64,000 nucleotides of DNA from an uncultured virus (IMG/VR IMGVR_UViG_3300016466_000860) (IMGVR_UViG_3300016466_000860); one strand, 5' to 3'. Counted from the first letter of the stretch, positions 29,396-38,922 are shown. A program made the numbers and translations. The notes: a model not told the origin generated them from the sequence alone.

Positions 29396-29944
29396 ATGCG
29401 AGCCCACGAGTTCATTCCGGAAAAGATCAACCCCGAAACCATCCAGCCCGGGTTTGAACGTGTGCGACGTATGAAAAACGGCTATGTGATCCGAGCTCGC
29501 GCCAAAGACCTCTACGACGATGGCGGTATTGAGATCGAAGTGTTTGATCCTCAAGAAGATCCTGAACTGCGCTGGCCCATAGCCGATGTGCGATTCAAGG
29601 TCAAGCATGATGACACAGGAGAACCGTTCCTGGCCAGCCTCAGCACCGGCACCAAAGAACGCTACCGCCGCCAGGGCCTAGCCGCTGCCATGTACAACTT
29701 CGCACGCATGCTGGGCAATGAAGTGCGTCCCAGCCGACTGCAGACCGATCAAGGTCGTGCGTTCTGGCAGGGTGGTGCTGGTGCTGGACGCGAACTTGAA
29801 CTCACAGACGAACCTGTGTACCAAGCGCCGACACCTTCTCCCAAGGCCGAGCCTGAGCCCGAACCACGGCCTCGTGGTTTCCTGCAGAGATGGCGCCGGC
29901 TGTTGATGCCTGATCTGACCGCACAAGAAAAGAGACCAGCATGA
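29396..29944 (+). CDS. GNAT acetyltransferase-like protein
   Basis: RYRRQGLAAAMY (acetyl-CoA motif A), QTDQGRAFW. Confidence 0.7.
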   Translation: MRAHEFIPEKINPETIQPGFERVRRMKNGYVIRARAKDLYDDGGIEIEVFDPQEDPELRWPIADVRFKVKHDDTGEPFLASLSTGTKERYRRQGLAAAMYNFARMLGNEVRPSRLQTDQGRAFWQGGAGAGRELELTDEPVYQAPTPSPKAEPEPEPRPRGFLQRWRRLLMPDLTAQEKRPA

Positions 29945-30066
29945 ACGAACTGATGGTGGCATTGGAATGGTTGGGCATGGGCCTGGCCGGTCTCTTTGTG
30001 TTAGTGGTGATCTGGATGATAGGTGCCATCGTCAATGCAGGCCGCCGAGATCAGGACTGGGAATGA
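29941..30066 (+). CDS. 41-aa membrane peptide (not in ORF track)
   Basis: ATGA overlaps at both ends; MNELMVALEWLGMGLAGLFVLVVIWMIGAIVNAGRRDQDWE. Confidence 0.6.
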   Translation: MNELMVALEWLGMGLAGLFVLVVIWMIGAIVNAGRRDQDWE

Positions 30067-31016
30067 GGGCCGGAGAGTTCATCGCCGAGCTAGGCGACAG
30101 CCCCGCGGAACATGAGCCCAACCGTCGCAGGCGGAGGAGCCTGTTCCACGCCACGGTAGACGGTCAATGGGTGGATGTGTTCTTTGACCGCAGTGACTTG
30201 AACGGTACCTTGCACATCACGTTCACTGTCAACGACAATTACGAAACACCTGATCAGCCTACACGAGCCAGTAAATCCACCATCAAGATCCTGAGCACGG
30301 TGCTGGCGATCATCCGGCAGAGGCTGCCCGAATACATCCGGTCCGCCCGACCTCCTGCTGTGTCTTTCACTGCCCGAGAAGACGGTCGAGCCAGATTGTA
30401 TCGCAAGTATTTCGTGCCGGTGATACAAGACATACTGGGACCTAAATGGGAACTGACGGAATACCCCACCATGGGCATGACCGTGTTTAACTGGCGGCCT
30501 GTGAAAAAGAAAGAGGTCACAGAAGGTGTGCGTGCTTACCACGGCAACCAAGGTGGCATCGACACCGAACAACTGCACGCACCTATGTGGTTCACTGCCA
30601 GTCGTCGGGATGCCGAGCAATATGCCGGCGACGATGGCTATGTGGTAGTGGTGGATCTTGACATCAAGAATCCCTATCAGCTCCGTGCTGGTGAAGAAGC
30701 CAACACAGTGCTGCGTCGTTGGCAGGAGCTACAAGCACAGGGCTACGATGGCATCCACGATCGCAGACTGGGAGACTGGATACCTTTTACCAGGGATCAG
30801 ATTCATGTGATCAGCAAAGATGATACTTTCGTGGGCGAAAACTTCGCGGATGGTCGAGTCAAAGGCAAAAGCAGACCTGGTAGAGTAAAAAGATCAGGTG
30901 CATCGTGTAAAGGATCTGTGACTGACTTGCGTGCCCGTGCAGAAAAGTATGGTGGTGAGCGTGGTCGGATGTACCACTGGTGTGCCAACATGAAGTCGGG
31001 AAAGAAAAAACAATAG
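30063..31016 (+). CDS. Multidomain protein with ADP-ribosyltransferase-like module and basic C-terminal domain
   Basis: RAYHG..., WFT....AEQYA, LDIKNP, GYDGI; C-terminal ENFADG...HWCANMK. Confidence 0.6.
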   Translation: MRAGEFIAELGDSPAEHEPNRRRRRSLFHATVDGQWVDVFFDRSDLNGTLHITFTVNDNYETPDQPTRASKSTIKILSTVLAIIRQRLPEYIRSARPPAVSFTAREDGRARLYRKYFVPVIQDILGPKWELTEYPTMGMTVFNWRPVKKKEVTEGVRAYHGNQGGIDTEQLHAPMWFTASRRDAEQYAGDDGYVVVVDLDIKNPYQLRAGEEANTVLRRWQELQAQGYDGIHDRRLGDWIPFTRDQIHVISKDDTFVGENFADGRVKGKSRPGRVKRSGASCKGSVTDLRARAEKYGGERGRMYHWCANMKSGKKKQ

Positions 31017-31091
31017 TATTATCTGCCCGCTTTTAGATCGCTGGACTAGCTCTTAAATAATAGTATTAGTATTATAATCGGAGCTAGATGT

Positions 31092-31679
31092 ATGAAAAAA
31101 ATAATAATAACTGCTGTTTTAGCATGTCTTCCCGTGATGGCTGTGGCACAAACCATCGTGACAGAGTCTACTTCAAGAAGTACCACAGATAATACCAGCA
31201 CAACAACAGTCAAGTCGCCACCACCTACGGCAGTGGCACCTGCTGTTACTTCTATCAACAACGATGTCTGCGCGGTGGCAGCAAGTGGTGCAGTTCAGAC
31301 ACAGATATTAGGTATTTCCATGGGTGGAACCATGCGTGACATGAATTGCGAACGCATCAAGCTGGCCAAGAATTTATATGACATGGGCATGAAAGTGGCC
31401 GCTGTGGCTACCTTATGCCAGGATGAGCGTATATTCACTGCCATGTTAGCTGCAGGAACACCTTGCCCTGTAGATGGTAAGATTGGAGAACGGGCCCGAG
31501 AAGAATGGGAAAGTCGTGGAGTATTGGCCAATGCTCGTAAGGAAGACGTAGGACATTACGCACAAGGCCCAAAACCACAACCTGTACCTGCCAAGGAGTC
31601 ATCCAAAAGTTCCACTGTGGCTGGCTGTTCTTACACTGGTGATGATCCTATTGTGAAATCTAGATTGGAATGCAAATGA
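31092..31679 (+). CDS. Secreted Cys-containing protein
   Basis: Signal peptide; SPPPTAVAP, DMNCERIKLAK, AGTPCP. Confidence 0.75.
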   Translation: MKKIIITAVLACLPVMAVAQTIVTESTSRSTTDNTSTTTVKSPPPTAVAPAVTSINNDVCAVAASGAVQTQILGISMGGTMRDMNCERIKLAKNLYDMGMKVAAVATLCQDERIFTAMLAAGTPCPVDGKIGERAREEWESRGVLANARKEDVGHYAQGPKPQPVPAKESSKSSTVAGCSYTGDDPIVKSRLECK

Positions 31680-32041
31680 AAAAATTACTTGTAATGCTTT
31701 CGTTTTTGCCTTCGATGGCGTTGGCATTTACTAATTCAGAAAAACCCAGTCTTGATGTAGCAACTATGCAGACTGTGTGCTTGAACGCCAAGGATCTGAC
31801 TTTATTGATCGACGAGTTCAAAGAAATACCTTATGTCCGTGGTATTTCGAGACCCATCATCAGTGACGGCGCTCCACTGAGCCTAGTGATTTTTGTCAAT
31901 CCCAAAGATCGCTCGTTCACTATAGTAGAACGAACAGCCGACGGTGTTTATTGTATTTTAGCCGTAGGCAACAATTTTGAGCCGGTTCCCCGAGAAATAC
32001 AAGACGAAGTAAAGACCGAGCAAGAAAAAGGTCGCCTGTGA
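31676..32041 (+). CDS. Secreted hypothetical protein
   Basis: Signal peptide; two Cys. Confidence 0.7.
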   Translation: MKKLLVMLSFLPSMALAFTNSEKPSLDVATMQTVCLNAKDLTLLIDEFKEIPYVRGISRPIISDGAPLSLVIFVNPKDRSFTIVERTADGVYCILAVGNNFEPVPREIQDEVKTEQEKGRL

Positions 32042-32042
32042 A

Positions 32043-34586
32043 ATGTGGACGAAAGCTGTGCTGGCGACGATATTCGCTGTGTCTCTCACAGCAGTCTCGG
32101 CACAGACTTCAACTGAGCAGACCACAGGCAACGTAGTCTATACCACAACGAATCCTGCTCCACCCGGAACCAACATAGGTCAAAGTTGGACTGGATTTAC
32201 TAACGTTACTTCAACGGGTGGAAACACTACCGGTGATAATGGTGCCGTTACTGGTTACAATACTAGTACCGGCACATTCATGTTTGGTTACAATCAAGGA
32301 ACCATCGCCTATACCTACGCGATAAATCAAGCACTGGCCAACGCAGGCACGGGCATACAGGTCAGAGGCTATAACTGGTCGTGGGACATCAACAATCTCA
32401 ACTACGACAACAGACAAAGTGGCACGGATACACTGACCGCTAGGATCACAACCTACGCTGCAAACAACTCAACTATTTTGCAACAAGAATCTTGGACCTA
32501 TAATACCAAGTTCGACTGGACCACATTCAGCGGCAGTGTAAATTACACCAATCCCGGTCTTGTTTCATCATACGGGAATATGCGCATTGAGTTCTCAGGC
32601 CGAGACTCGGGCTATTGGGCTGGTTACTATGGACCAATGGTAAGGAACATCGATGTGAGATTACGATACGGTGTCGACGAGTGCGCAGTGAATCCCCAGA
32701 GCTCGCCTGCCTGTCCGGGATACAAAACCTATTACACAATGACCGACGACGGCTATGCCCAGGTAAACCTGCCCTTTGCTTTCCCTTTCTATGGCCAGGT
32801 CTATACCACATCTTACATGTATACCAATGGTGTGGTAGGATTCCTCAATCCCAACTGGGGTGGTTACTGCTGCGATGGCACAGACCTCAATCAGCAGAGA
32901 TTCCAGGCCAACTCTCCCTGGAATTACGCCATCTACGCACTGAATACGGATCTCTATCCCGGCGAGCAGAGCAGATTCTACACACAGCAGACCGACAACG
33001 GAACCGGTATCCGATACACCTGGGAAAACGTGTTACAGATAGGCACCAACAACGAAAACACTTTCAGTGTCAACATCAAGGACTCGGGCTACATCGGTAT
33101 CAATTATACTAAAATTAACCTTGACAGTTGGACCAACCCATTGATCGGTATAGCCGGCGATATCAACCAAGGACAATATTACCAAAAACATTATGGTCCA
33201 GCATCCTCAATGACTGCCACGGCCGGCACTACTTATACCTTCACCGGCACAGAAACCACGGACGTATGTGCCCAGAATCCCTTGTACAATCCTCAATGTC
33301 CAAATTATGCCCAGGCTTATCTCTCTCAGCAATGTTCTATCAATGCTCTATATGATCCACAATGCCCAGGGTATGCCGCTGCTTATTTGACCTATCAATG
33401 CAATATCAGTCAACTTTATTCGCCTAGTTGCCCAGGATATCAGCAGGCCTACCTAGATCAGCAGTGCGGTATCAATCCACTATATTCCACTAGTTGCGCT
33501 AATTACCAGACTGCTCTCAATCAATGCACCACAGATCCATTATCAGCGGTCTATTGCCCGGGGCATCAAACCGCAATCACAGATTGTTCAACCAATGGAC
33601 TATTACATACCTATTGCCCCACATATCAATCAGAATTGAACTATTGTTCCGCAGATCCTTTGTTTAATAATCTATGTCCCACGTATCAAACAGCTTCAAT
33701 CTCTTGTGCCGCCAACGCACTAAATCACAGCTATTGCCCTGGGTACACTACAGCATTAAATACCTGCTCCTCTAATCCTTTGAGCAATATTTTATGCTCT
33801 GGGTATGCGTCTGCAAATAATGCCTGTTCTGCTAATCAATTGACCTATACCTATTGTCCTAGTTACACCACCGCTATAGCCGCTTGCGCCACGAATCCGC
33901 AGGGCAATACCATGTGCCCAGGATATAGTTCAACAGCATCGTCTGGAGGATCTTCCTCTGTTACGGCTTCCGTCACAGAACCTGCTGTCCAAATCTCCAA
34001 TGACGGTAAAGTATCCACCGAAGTGGCATTGGTCGCAGACAGCGCAGTTAACTCTGTGATCACAGAACGTGCCACCAGCACCGCTCCTAGCCCCACAGCC
34101 ACGGTCAACTTGACACCGCAGTCATCAACGACCGCCGAGCCGACAAAAACGGCGGCCGCAGAAGAAAAGAAAGAAGAAACCAAGACCGCAGACAATAGTG
34201 GTTCTTCATCATCTACATCATCAACTGGCGACACTAAAAAAGATCAGCCCAAGACTGCTCGTCAAGAGATACAGGAACGCAGAATAGCTGCCGCTCGAGA
34301 AAAAGCCATAGAAGCAGGCAAGGAGCTGGCCAACAAGATGGGAGAAGCAGCATCCATGGAGTCTCAGGTAGCTGTACAGAACGTAGTTATCCAGGCCATG
34401 GGATTTACTCCGGGATTTGACGCATACAATAGAGCCACACTGCCAGACGCACAAGGTTATCGACCATTTGAAATCTATCCCGGACAGCGTGTCATTGACA
34501 ATCCGGCAGGTCGTAGATTCCTGACAGGCTCTGATAGATTACATTCAGAAATGGTGGATCAACAGTACGGGAGCAGTTCGCAATGA
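32043..34586 (+). CDS. Large secreted protein with NIDO-like domain and Cys-rich repeats
   Basis: Signal peptide; DDGYAQVNLPFAFPFYG..Y...Y.YTNGVV; 12 C-x9-C units. Confidence 0.75.
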   Translation: MWTKAVLATIFAVSLTAVSAQTSTEQTTGNVVYTTTNPAPPGTNIGQSWTGFTNVTSTGGNTTGDNGAVTGYNTSTGTFMFGYNQGTIAYTYAINQALANAGTGIQVRGYNWSWDINNLNYDNRQSGTDTLTARITTYAANNSTILQQESWTYNTKFDWTTFSGSVNYTNPGLVSSYGNMRIEFSGRDSGYWAGYYGPMVRNIDVRLRYGVDECAVNPQSSPACPGYKTYYTMTDDGYAQVNLPFAFPFYGQVYTTSYMYTNGVVGFLNPNWGGYCCDGTDLNQQRFQANSPWNYAIYALNTDLYPGEQSRFYTQQTDNGTGIRYTWENVLQIGTNNENTFSVNIKDSGYIGINYTKINLDSWTNPLIGIAGDINQGQYYQKHYGPASSMTATAGTTYTFTGTETTDVCAQNPLYNPQCPNYAQAYLSQQCSINALYDPQCPGYAAAYLTYQCNISQLYSPSCPGYQQAYLDQQCGINPLYSTSCANYQTALNQCTTDPLSAVYCPGHQTAITDCSTNGLLHTYCPTYQSELNYCSADPLFNNLCPTYQTASISCAANALNHSYCPGYTTALNTCSSNPLSNILCSGYASANNACSANQLTYTYCPSYTTAIAACATNPQGNTMCPGYSSTASSGGSSSVTASVTEPAVQISNDGKVSTEVALVADSAVNSVITERATSTAPSPTATVNLTPQSSTTAEPTKTAAAEEKKEETKTADNSGSSSSTSSTGDTKKDQPKTARQEIQERRIAAAREKAIEAGKELANKMGEAASMESQVAVQNVVIQAMGFTPGFDAYNRATLPDAQGYRPFEIYPGQRVIDNPAGRRFLTGSDRLHSEMVDQQYGSSSQ

Positions 34587-34750
34587 GCTGGTTCAACAGA
34601 AAACCACATCTCAAAGAATCGGAGAAGAAATACCCGCGCCATACCAGTCATATGGCCGAAGAATTACAGCGTGAGATAGATAACAATCGCCGACAGCTAG
34701 AGGAACATCGCCTGGCGGCAAAGGAAAACAAACAATGGAAAATTTCATAG
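34583..34750 (+). CDS. Small hypothetical protein (not in ORF track)
   Basis: ATGA overlap; MSWFNRKPHLKE... Confidence 0.55.
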   Translation: MSWFNRKPHLKESEKKYPRHTSHMAEELQREIDNNRRQLEEHRLAAKENKQWKIS

Positions 34751-34920
34751 ACGACAACGAAGCTTATCAGAGACTAAAGCCTGCTTGCACATGCGGTTGC
34801 CTTAAGCACTGTGGGCTGAGTTGCATGACTGACAATTGTGATTGTTTCGAATGTGCGTGTGCCATGTGTCGAGAGCCTCTTCTATTAGTGGGCCTTGATG
34901 CCAGCAAAGGAATTAAATGA
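34735..34920 (+). CDS. Small Cys-rich (metallothionein-like) protein
   Basis: CTCGCLKHCGLSCMTDNCDCFECACAMC. Confidence 0.55.
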   Translation: MENFIDDNEAYQRLKPACTCGCLKHCGLSCMTDNCDCFECACAMCREPLLLVGLDASKGIK

Positions 34921-35200
34921 AACCCTATTTGCTTTCCTTTATCGTAGACACTTCTAGTTTATTGTTGGGTATTGTACTGGGAGTGGTGGCTGCTATGGCT
35001 GCGATTATAATAATAAAAAATTTATAGGAGACGACGATGGATCAATTATATCTAGGATACACTGGGTGGGAATATTTGTTCATGACGACATGGACCGCAC
35101 TTTCTATATTGATAGTGTATTGCTATGTGCGTGTACAGGATCTCAAAGACGAATTACAGTACCGCCGTTATCTCACCGACATCATGACGAGAAAATCATA

Positions 35201-35404
35201 ATGGATGGAATCATTTTTGCTATCTATACCATAAGTCTGATATCGGCTTTTGTATGTCTCTGGGTAAAATGGGAGCAAGATTCTGACAAACATCGCATGA
35301 GTGCCCTGGAAAGAAAGAATCAAGAATTGCAACAGCAAATCGATATGTTGCAACAGCAGGTAAAACGCCAAGGCGTAAAAGATCCCTTCGCGGGAAGAAA
35401 GTAA
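35201..35404 (+). CDS. TM + coiled-coil small protein
   Basis: Start moved to ATG 35201. Confidence 0.6.
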   Translation: MDGIIFAIYTISLISAFVCLWVKWEQDSDKHRMSALERKNQELQQQIDMLQQQVKRQGVKDPFAGRK

Positions 35405-35416
35405 AGGAGCAATACA

Positions 35417-35896
35417 ATGACAAAAAACATCGACGAACAAGTGGACAAACTAGAAGCCGCGGTCGATCCCAACACAGTGATCTCAATAGGGGGGTATAAT
35501 TTTACTCCTGCTAAGATAATGATCGCTGGTGGTATCTTAAGTTCAGTGCTGGGAGGATTGTACGGAGCATTTGAAGTCTACAAAGACTATCAAAGCATGA
35601 AGGAGGCCATACAAACCTACGTAGCACCAGACCTGTCAGAGATCAACAAAAAGATCGCTGTGCTGGAACAGAACTCAGAGAAGAGCACAGAGTATGTGCG
35701 CGACATCAACACCAATCTCAAACAGGACATCCGCAGACTAGAAAATGTAGTTGAACAGGTTGAGCGTAGCTCAAAGCAACTACAGCGTGAAACACAGCAG
35801 GATGTCAAGGAGGTGCGCAACGAAGTCAAACAGCTTGAAAAAGATGTTGACAAAAAAATACAGCGTGCTCTAGACAATCCCTTGTCTGGCAAGTAA
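35417..35896 (+). CDS. TM + coiled-coil protein
   Basis: SD AAGGAG; C-terminal ALDNPL. Confidence 0.75.
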   Translation: MTKNIDEQVDKLEAAVDPNTVISIGGYNFTPAKIMIAGGILSSVLGGLYGAFEVYKDYQSMKEAIQTYVAPDLSEINKKIAVLEQNSEKSTEYVRDINTNLKQDIRRLENVVEQVERSSKQLQRETQQDVKEVRNEVKQLEKDVDKKIQRALDNPLSGK

Positions 35897-35898
35897 CA

Positions 35899-36375
35899 GT
35901 GGATCCGATTACCGCTCTAGCAGCCGCTACAGCGATATGGAGCGGTATTAAAGCCACTGTAGATGCTGGTCGCGAAGTACAGGATGTGTTTGGCCAACTT
36001 GGTGTCTGGGCCGAACAGGCCCAGCATGTCTACGAAGGGATGGGCATCGGTGGCCGCCGGCCCGCAGATCAACCTCGCCGGAGCGAAACCAAAGAAGCCT
36101 TTAATATCTATGCCGCGCGGGTGAAAATGCGAGAGATGGAACTGGAGATACGGCAAATGTTTCTGTATGGTGCCTTAAATCATCTAGGCATGGACGGCTA
36201 TAAAGAGTTCTTGGACATCCGATATCAGATAAAGATACAGCGCATGCGGGAAGAGCGCGAACAGGAAAGAGACAAAGAACAATTTTGGGAAGATGTGAAA
36301 TACGCAGTATCGATAGTAATGCTGGTTTTGGTACTCACTGGTCTGCTGGGCTGGTTGTGGTGGTCGATGAGTTAG
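35899..36375 (+). CDS. Membrane protein (MDPIT-type)
   Basis: MDPITALAAA start, C-terminal TM. Confidence 0.7.
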   Translation: MDPITALAAATAIWSGIKATVDAGREVQDVFGQLGVWAEQAQHVYEGMGIGGRRPADQPRRSETKEAFNIYAARVKMREMELEIRQMFLYGALNHLGMDGYKEFLDIRYQIKIQRMREEREQERDKEQFWEDVKYAVSIVMLVLVLTGLLGWLWWSMS

Positions 36376-36424
36376 TATTTGGGATTTTTGAGTAAATACA
36401 ACATAAAATCAAAAAGGAGCTAGT

Positions 36425-36682
36425 ATGAGATTCAAATTATTGGCATGTATCATTGTACCTGCGGCGTTGACTTTGACTGGGTGTGAAGAAAGATACAGAT
36501 ATCCCTGTCAGGATCCCACAAACTGGAACGAAAAGTTTTGTCAAAAACCTTTTTGTAGTGCCAACGGTACCTGCCCAGAAGACCTCACTCATTATGAAAA
36601 ATCTGGTGCACCTGGTGGTACGAAAATTCCTGAATCAACACAACGACCGAACTTCAATAAAGGAGATTGCAACAAATGTTAA
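36425..36682 (+). CDS. Cys-rich lipoprotein
   Basis: Lipobox LTGC; RYPCQDP.NW...C.KP.C...GTC. Confidence 0.75.
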   Translation: MRFKLLACIIVPAALTLTGCEERYRYPCQDPTNWNEKFCQKPFCSANGTCPEDLTHYEKSGAPGGTKIPESTQRPNFNKGDCNKC

Positions 36683-37173
36683 GAAATCTATTCACTGGTG
36701 AAAAATACACCACCGAAGAACTCAACGCACGATTGAAATTTTTCATTGGTATCGTGCTGGGACTCACGCTGTTTGGCATCGTGTTTGTGGTGCTCTACAG
36801 TCTCATATTTGTCACACAACCCATGAACGGCATGAGCCCAGTGGACAACAAGTTTTTTGAACTGATCATCCCAATCGCTACATTCTTGACTGGTACACTG
36901 TCTGGTATCATGTTGGCCGGTGATGACAAAGAACTGCGTGCCAAAGCCATTGATGCTGCTTCTAAATCCGCTCCACCACCGGTGTCGGGCGGTTCGCCTA
37001 GCGGCCCGGGGCCCAGCGGATTTCCGTCATCGATGAACAGACCACCAATGGCACCTCCCATGACCCCGCCATTGTCTGGTATGCCGCCACCTCCCCCACC
37101 ACCAATGGCACCTCCACCGCCATTGTCTGGTATGCCGCCACCACCCCCGCCACCACCTCCCTTGGAGAAATAA
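36676..37173 (+). CDS. Two-TM membrane protein with poly-Pro tail
   Basis: Two TM helices; duplicated PPMAPP..PLSGMPPP repeat. Confidence 0.75.
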   Translation: MLRNLFTGEKYTTEELNARLKFFIGIVLGLTLFGIVFVVLYSLIFVTQPMNGMSPVDNKFFELIIPIATFLTGTLSGIMLAGDDKELRAKAIDAASKSAPPPVSGGSPSGPGPSGFPSSMNRPPMAPPMTPPLSGMPPPPPPPMAPPPPLSGMPPPPPPPPPLEK

Positions 37174-37183
37174 AGCGGCAATC

Positions 37184-37210
37184 AAAAACCCTGCTATAGC
37201 AGGGTTTTTT
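37184..37210 (+). terminator. Rho-independent terminator
   Basis: AAAAACCCTGC-tata-GCAGGGTTTTTT. Confidence 0.9.
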
Positions 37211-37237
37211 GTAGGTAAGTGTTTGCTAACTTGTTGT
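37209..37237. repeat. 29-bp dispersed repeat containing GTAAG-N6-CTAAC (copy 1)
   Basis: 28/29 identical to 53731-53759. Confidence 0.85.
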
Positions 37238-37257
37238 AAAAATACGACATTTTTTGG

Positions 37258-37286
37258 TTGACCGAAAATACCCTATTCTGTACAAT
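37258..37286 (+). promoter_or_regulatory. Early promoter
   Basis: TTGACC-17nt-TACAAT. Confidence 0.75.
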
Positions 37287-37314
37287 AATAGAAACAATAC
37301 AAAAGGAAACCTCA

Positions 37315-37494
37315 ATGAACCAACCTGGAACAATACGTCTTTTTTTAGGTTTAATTTTGGTTTTTGGAGCAGTAGGCGGAATGGATGACCCCGATCTTGC
37401 CGACTATTTTGGCGAGCAAATGATAGTGGCTGTTCTGGGTCTGGGTCTGATGATGTGGGCCGTTCGCGCCATCAACCGAAAACATTTCGGTTGA
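37315..37494 (+). CDS. Small membrane protein
   Basis: SD AAGGA; GLILVFGAVGGMD. Confidence 0.7.
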   Translation: MNQPGTIRLFLGLILVFGAVGGMDDPDLADYFGEQMIVAVLGLGLMMWAVRAINRKHFG

Positions 37495-37519
37495 CCAAAA
37501 ATCATCAATTTTGTATACT
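37491..37519 (+). promoter_or_regulatory. Early promoter
   Basis: TTGACC-17nt-TATACT. Confidence 0.75.
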
Positions 37520-37551
37520 GTACTTGTGCTTAACATCACAAAGGAATATAG

Positions 37552-37674
37552 ATGAAACGTCTCACAGTGATTTTTATTAGTTTGGCATTGACTGCTTGTG
37601 GTACCCTAGGTGGCGCTGTCAGTGGTGCTGGCGATGATCTAAAAAAAGCCGGTGGCTGGATCCAATCGCGTTAA
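37552..37674 (+). CDS. Entericidin EcnA/B-like lipoprotein (not in ORF track)
   Basis: MKRLTVIFISLALTACGTLGGAVSGAGDDLKKAGGWIQSR. Confidence 0.7.
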   Translation: MKRLTVIFISLALTACGTLGGAVSGAGDDLKKAGGWIQSR

Positions 37675-37681
37675 GGAGAAC

Positions 37682-37816
37682 ATGATGCGTAATTTTTTTC
37701 TAGGAACCATTTTTGGCATCGTTGTATCTGCGGTGGGATTCCAGGGCCTGGCCAAAATGGCTGACACCGGAGTCACCAAGATACAGGAAGTCACCAAAGA
37801 ATACGCGGTGAAATAA
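37682..37816 (+). CDS. Small membrane peptide (not in ORF track)
   Basis: SD AAGGAG; MMRNFFLGTIFGIVVSAVGFQGLAK... Confidence 0.65.
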   Translation: MMRNFFLGTIFGIVVSAVGFQGLAKMADTGVTKIQEVTKEYAVK

Positions 37817-37817
37817 A

Positions 37818-38015
37818 ATGGCAAAATTCCAAGTCACTTATGAAATTGGTAGCCGTGCCGGGGAATCCAGTTCTTCGGCGTGGCAGTCGAGCTCGAGCCG
37901 GCACTTTACCGTTTTGGTTGAAGCCAATGGCTCCAGTTTCGCACGAGATATGGTCATCGCCCAAAACGGCGGTGCCAATAACTGCCTGGTCATTTCGGTT
38001 GTCCAGCAGTATTAA
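37818..38015 (+). CDS. Hypothetical protein
   Basis: ORF following upstream stop. Confidence 0.6.
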   Translation: MAKFQVTYEIGSRAGESSSSAWQSSSSRHFTVLVEANGSSFARDMVIAQNGGANNCLVISVVQQY

Positions 38016-38031
38016 AGGATCCAAAAAGTGG

Positions 38032-38060
38032 TTGACATCAAATCACATTTCAACTATACT
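38032..38060 (+). promoter_or_regulatory. Early promoter
   Basis: TTGACA-17nt-TATACT. Confidence 0.75.
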
Positions 38061-38128
38061 TTTGGATATGCTGTAGTGAAACAGCATGGTAGTAATTCAA
38101 TCAACCCTTAAAAAGAGGTAATTATCAA

Positions 38129-38464
38129 ATGAGTAAACTGTTCAAAGCTGGTGGTGTTTCCAAGTCGCAGGGCGGATCTTACAAGGTGCGTTTTGCCAGT
38201 GACATGACCCGTGTCAAGGTGCTGGCCAAGACTGACAGCGACATCAATCTCATTGAACTGCCAAAGGCAATGACCAAAGGCGAGCTGGTCCAGCATCTCA
38301 AGACCACAGACTTGTATGCCCGGGCTGAGTTCAAGGAGGCCATTGACGCCGCTGACGCCAAGTACAATGGCGTGGTCAAAGCCAAGGCTGCTAAAGTCAA
38401 GGCAAAACCCTCAGTGGAGGCCATCAAGGCCCGCGTCGCAGACGCCCAAGGCGAAGCCGCTTAA
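38129..38464 (+). CDS. Basic Ala/Lys-rich hypothetical protein
   Basis: GAGGT SD; own promoter and terminator. Confidence 0.8.
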   Translation: MSKLFKAGGVSKSQGGSYKVRFASDMTRVKVLAKTDSDINLIELPKAMTKGELVQHLKTTDLYARAEFKEAIDAADAKYNGVVKAKAAKVKAKPSVEAIKARVADAQGEAA

Positions 38465-38478
38465 CAGCACTTCGTTAC

Positions 38479-38504
38479 AAAAAGGCACTTCGGTGCCTTT
38501 TTTT
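38479..38504 (+). terminator. Rho-independent terminator
   Basis: AAAAAGGCAC-ttcg-GTGCCTTTTTTT. Confidence 0.9.
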
Positions 38505-38594
38505 ATGGCTCCGCATTCAGCGAGATAAGTATTATTGCGACAACAGTCGCGCTCGTGTTTTACCACACACATACACACAGAAAGGAGATAAACC

Positions 38595-38822
38595 ATGAGC
38601 AAAACACCCTACGAGGTCCGCCTCGAACTTCTCAAACTGGCAAACGAAATCCTGACCACACCCGTGTTCCAACAACGGGAAGCACTGAGAGAGGAATTCC
38701 ATTCCAAACTCACAGATGCCAATCGTGGATCGACGCCATTCCCCACCCTTCCAGATTTCCCTTCGGTCAACGACATCGTGGCCAAAGCCGAAGAACTCAA
38801 CCGTTTCGTCAGCCAAAGCTGA
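38595..38822 (+). CDS. Hypothetical protein; paralog of 3379-3774
   Basis: SD AAGGAG; PYEVRLELLKLA...FPSVNDIVAKAEELNRFV. Confidence 0.8.
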   Translation: MSKTPYEVRLELLKLANEILTTPVFQQREALREEFHSKLTDANRGSTPFPTLPDFPSVNDIVAKAEELNRFVSQS

Positions 38823-38842
38823 CGCTCGCTTGAGCAGGAAGG

Positions 38843-38865
38843 AAGGCACCTTCGGGTGCCTTTTT
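38843..38865 (+). terminator. Rho-independent terminator
   Basis: AAGGCACC-ttcg-GGTGCCTTTTT. Confidence 0.85.
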
Positions 38866-38922
38866 GTTGACCTTTCCAGATGTTCTTGACAAAGGGCACC
38901 GCAAAACTCTACAATAACAGAT

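Noticed and set aside
37041..37160. Direct repeats that might be a CRISPR or other array
   Set aside because: In-frame duplication coding for the Pro-rich tail; no spacers and no cas genes
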